Shown in pieces: positions 62,206 to 64,000 of a stretch of DNA of 64,000 nt (position 1 is its first letter; every line of letters begins with the position of its first letter). The stretch is from positions 9,798,001 through 9,862,000 of the forward strand of contig CM097885.1 of NCBI GenBank assembly GCA_044892525.1. Direction: 5' to 3'. Source of the DNA: Schmidtea polychroa (taxonomy: Eukaryota). A program made the translations under genes and the position numbers. The notes beneath the pieces were generated by a model. It was not told the origin of the DNA, ran no database searches, and worked only from the letters and a program-made list of their open reading frames with translations.

Positions 62206-62355
62206 ATGTTTAATTATCACTAAATTAATTATTTAAAATATCATGTGATTGCAAATTCAGTGCAATTTAAATGCATCATTCTGATTGGTCAGTATCTAAT
62301 TGACTATTATTGGTTTTAAACATGATGTTTCTTCATTTATTAAAATTTTTTAAAA

Positions 62356-62646
62356 ATGTACAATATTCAAACCTCTGCTATAACAGCATTGAAAGAAATT
62401 GAAATTTATGGTAAATTTCAAATTTTATTATTATTTGGATTTAACATATTATTTACAGATGAATATCATGCAATAATACTTGAAAGATTACACTTTTATT
62501 ATTCACAAATGTATGTTATCCTGAAAGATCGAGATGGGGCAATAATTCCAGATTTAATCTACAACGAAACCAAAACCTGGATATTTGATATTATTAATAC
62601 CTATTTCTGGGATGTGAAGATCGGAAGAACTATGAAGGAAGTGTAA
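62356..62646 (+). CDS. Unknown 96-aa protein, probably element-associated
   Basis: ATG-initiated ORF with a diverged homolog at ~45 kb. Confidence 0.55.
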   Translation: MYNIQTSAITALKEIEIYGKFQILLLFGFNILFTDEYHAIILERLHFYYSQMYVILKDRDGAIIPDLIYNETKTWIFDIINTYFWDVKIGRTMKEV

Positions 62647-64000
62647 CCAAAATTCCCTTGCTTTATTGGATGTAGTTGTTGTAATTTCCGCTACCAAGGA
62701 TATGTTGAATGATCTTTGGTAAAGACTCTTCGAAATTACCATTTCAGTTGAATTGTCTCAAAATAAATCTATATTTAATTATTTTTTGTTTTGTTTTGTC
62801 TTTGTAGTAAATAGTAATAAAACTAGTAATAGTAATAATAATAAATAGTTATAAGACTAATCAAAACAATAAATAGTAATAAGACTAATAAAATTGTAAT
62901 AATCAATCATAATTTAAGTTAGAAAGCTAAATGCAGCATAAGTGCAACTTAAATGCGATTTAAACAAAGACATAATTTAAACAAAGGTATACTTTATTCT
63001 GATTGGTTAATCGATGTTTTGAAGGTATAAAAGGACAGTTAAAACTTATTTTGTCATTAGTAAAAATGACTAAGAAAGTATCAAGCGTCGAAAAAGTAAA
63101 AGCTGTTGAAGAAATTGTGCAACCGGTTCAGTTGTTTCACAATTACAAAATATATTTCCTTAAAAAAGAAATCAATTTAAAATTGGTAAAATCAGTCAAA
63201 CTACACCAAACTCAATTCCAATTTCTAGCTGGAACTCTATAGATGAAGTTTTCAATAAGATAGATTCAAATCTAAAATGCAATCAAAACGCTTTCTTCAA
63301 TGCCCGATATGCAAGATATTATGACGGCTTTGCAGAAATAGGCTTTAAGAAACAGGAAAGCTGGTATCTAACAATTACAGTTCAAGGCGATAAAGTCGAT
63401 CAGAATGATGTGTTTTCTCCTATTTGGAAAATAAAAACTGCGCCAATTTCGCAAATATTTTAATAAATGTAGCAGTTAAATAAATGTATTTAATCAGACT
63501 TTGTTTGTTTTGAAATATAATAATATAAACTATAAAGAAAATTTTATTTCATTCGAAAATGTTTAAAATGTCGTCAGAAAAAGGTATAACATATAAGTAT
63601 TTAATGTACATTAATTTTATTTAGAATATTTAATAAACTTTTTGGTTCAACAATTAGAGGAGTTAACCGATATAAAAGTTAGAGATATAGTTACAGCTGC
63701 AGATACATTAGAACAAGAATTAGTTTTTTCTGATGATGATGATGATGATGATGATTCATGAATACATGAAGATTCTCAAGTTACTAAAGAAGGTTTATCA
63801 TATGAATCTAAACAAATTGAGCGACATGTGTGTAATGATTTTACTGATTGAGTTGATCACGTAGTTGAGAATATAATGAAAAAGTGTGGATATGTAGACT
63901 GTACATGTACTAATAAATAAATCTTGAATATGCATTTATTTTATCATTAAGCATAAACGCGCGTGTTAAACAAGGACTTGTGCAATAGATGTGCAATAGA

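Noticed and set aside
63066..63463. Disrupted ORF after the TBP-like gene, possibly a viral ssDNA-binding protein
   Set aside because: No diagnostic motif is recognisable by eye; a profile search is needed.

Overview
AT-rich eukaryotic genomic DNA, probably from an invertebrate: long (AAT)n and (AT)n microsatellites and 41-49-nt minimal introns. The organism cannot be fixed from the sequence. Host genes: two tandem, intron-rich MFS transporter paralogs (OFA/oxalate:formate-antiporter-like) on +; the 3' part of one lies at 1782-8873 and a complete 11-exon, 450-aa model at 12187-28822. The rest is dense mobile DNA: Penelope, Gypsy, BEL, MULE, Tigger, piggyBac and hAT remnants, one intact hAT with TIRs and an 8-bp TSD, and a Polinton/Maverick-like cluster (pPolB copies, TIRs, two capsid fragments, a TBP-like gene; an integrase fragment lies separately at ~17 kb). 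Highlights: (1) a 1.9-kb TG..CA TIR element with a 5-bp TSD carrying co-oriented, intronless fragments of three unrelated host genes (perilipin, eIF4A-III, ubiquitin); (2) a ~370-380-bp retrozyme-like repeat in which the U1 snRNA 5' end (ATACTTACCTGGC) sits just upstream of a hammerhead ribozyme; (3) a Polinton pPolB whose 5' end is built from three micro-exons, set within a ~2.7-kb inverted duplication of an internally deleted genome end; (4) a TBP-like gene beside the capsid genes. All calls come from reading and hand translation. No database searches were run, and remnant boundaries are approximate.
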